From contig CAWJCS010000004.1 of the NCBI GenBank assembly GCA_963841435.1, positions 64,001-128,000 on the forward strand: a stretch of 64,000 nt of DNA, read 5' to 3'. Position 1 is the stretch's first letter. Every line of letters starts with the position of its first letter. The notes beneath the pieces were generated by a model. The model was not told the origin of the DNA and ran no database searches. It worked only from the letters and a program-made list of their open reading frames with translations. Of this stretch, positions 62,577 through 64,000 are shown piece by piece. Origin of the DNA: an uncultured delta proteobacterium. Lineage in GTDB: Bacteria > Myxococcota_A > Polyangia > Polyangiales > Polyangiaceae. Position numbers and translations under genes: made by a program.

Positions 62577-63087
62577 GTGCGCGGAGGCCCGAATTCCCGG
62601 CGGCGACGGCAGGAGGGCGGCCGCGGCGGTGTTCCGTCAGCGGGCACCGGAGGCACGACTGGCCTCGCAGGGGGCGGTAGCGGCGACACGGCAGGCGCAA
62701 GCGGCCTGGGAGGGGCCGGCGGCATGGCAGGCGCAGGCGGCTCGGGAGTGGCCGGCAGCTCTGCGGGCGGGGGCGGTGACTCGGGGGGCGCAGTGCCCGA
62801 TGGGAACGAGCCGGTGCCCAGCAGTGGTTGCGAAAAGACGCGCACGCTTCAGAATGGCACCATCAACATCACGTATAAAGCCCTGCGCGGAAATGCATTC
62901 TGCGCGTGCCCGACGCGTACGCTAGCAGCCACCCCTATCGGCTGGTCCTTGCTTGCGCCTGGTCCGGGGGGTCCACCCGACCGAATACTGCGTCTTCAGC
63001 GGCGCACACGGATGGGAGCCGAAGGATCCAGGGCAATCGGCGAGCTGGAACGCCCCCGAAGCCTGGAAGTTCATCACGCAGCTCTGA
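62577..63087 (+). pseudogene. Degraded PHB-depolymerase/feruloyl-esterase-like gene
   Basis: Gly linker + VPSSGCEKT, shifted [16 protein letters not shown], then almost at once the C-terminus [19 protein letters not shown]; catalytic core absent. Confidence 0.65.
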
Positions 63088-63106
63088 GGACGGCGCAAGG
63101 ACGACC

Positions 63107-64000
63107 ATGAGCATCTCGATGACAAGAGGCGCAAGCCGCAGCACGCCGGCCGCGCTGCTCGCCTGGGCGGTGACGGCGCTTTCCCCGGCCGCCTTGGCGG
63201 ACAACCCCATCGTGCAGACCAGCTACACCGCCGATCCCGCCCCCATGGTGTACGACGGCAGGCTGTATCTTTACACCTCGCACGACGAGGACGTCACGGT
63301 GAACGACTTCTTCACCATGAACGACTGGAGGCTCTACTCCACCGTGGACATGGTGAATTGGACCGACCACGGATCGCCGGCGGGCTACAAGACCTTCACT
63401 TGGGGGACGGGCGACGCGTGGGCGCCCCACGGCGTACCGAGAAACGGCAAGTTCTATCTGTACGTACCGATCAACAACTCGACTGGCGCCAAGATCGGAG
63501 TGGCCGTCGCGGACAGTCCCGACGGCCCGTTCACGGACCCTCTCGGGAAAGCGCTCGTCTCGACGGGAAGCGGGGACATCGACCCGACCGTGTTCATCGA
63601 CGACGACGACCAAGCGTATTTGTACTGGGGGAACCCCGACCTTTGGTACGTCAAGCTGAACTCGGACATGATTTCCTATCAAGGAAGTCCGACCAAGACC
63701 AACTTGACCACTGCCGGCTTCGGCACGCGCTCCAACTCCGACCGCGCGACGGCGTACGAAGAAGGCCCATGGTTCTACAAGCACGAGATGCTCTACTACC
63801 TCGTCTATCCGGCCGACGGCACGCCGGAGAAGATCAGCTACACGACGAGCAGCGGCCCGCTCGGCCCCTGGACGTTCGGCGGGGACATCATGGCGAAGGA
63901 GACGGGCGCCGGGTCGAGCTTCACCAATCACCCGGGTGTCATCGACTACCAGGGTAAATCGTACTTCTTCTATCACGATGGCGCGTTGCCGGGCGGTGGC
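63107..64000 (+). CDS. GH43 beta-xylosidase/arabinofuranosidase (partial, runs off window end)
   Basis: Translated by hand: signal peptide, [50 protein letters not shown]. Confidence 0.93.
   Translation, partial: MSISMTRGASRSTPAALLAWAVTALSPAALADNPIVQTSYTADPAPMVYDGRLYLYTSHDEDVTVNDFFTMNDWRLYSTVDMVNWTDHGSPAGYKTFTWGTGDAWAPHGVPRNGKFYLYVPINNSTGAKIGVAVADSPDGPFTDPLGKALVSTGSGDIDPTVFIDDDDQAYLYWGNPDLWYVKLNSDMISYQGSPTKTNLTTAGFGTRSNSDRATAYEEGPWFYKHEMLYYLVYPADGTPEKISYTTSSGPLGPWTFGGDIMAKETGAGSSFTNHPGVIDYQGKSYFFYHDGALPGGG

Noticed and set aside
46971-64000. Prophage or integrative element at tRNA-Leu
   Set aside because: No integrase, phage or conjugation genes and no clear att duplication in the window.

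Overview
High-GC bacterial DNA. The gene content (FHA proteins, Ser/Thr kinase, PEGA/TPR, MYXO-CTERM-like tail, fibro-slime and many Gly/Cys-rich lipoproteins) points to a myxobacterium, probably Polyangiaceae/Sorangiineae-like (inference). Bases 1-47000 look like core chromosome: an FHA signalling cluster with a 3xFHA-ABC transporter, thiolase-YciI-ECF42, rplS, GH74/GH43 lipoproteins, an RluA-methyltransferase fusion plus rlmE, an L,D-transpeptidase, thrC, a giant TPR-like gene, a hybrid kinase and a VWA lipoprotein. The best candidate for a new system is an MNIO (DUF692) RiPP-type operon at 21.3-25.6 kb. Its precursor is a predicted lipoprotein with an Ala/Pro stalk and one C-terminal CGPGTCG core, it has an ECF-type promoter, and a Ser/Thr kinase-FGE gene is translationally coupled to it. 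After tRNA-Leu(GAG) comes a 3.6 x 163-bp structured tandem repeat, then a variable region of secreted proteins (RCC1-like, two fibro-slime, CLCA-like metalloprotease, VWD), an orphan Anbu protease, an IS91-type remnant and truncated genes. Eight apparent frameshifts, mostly a duplicated T or A, are probably sequencing errors. All family calls come from motifs read by eye, not database searches.
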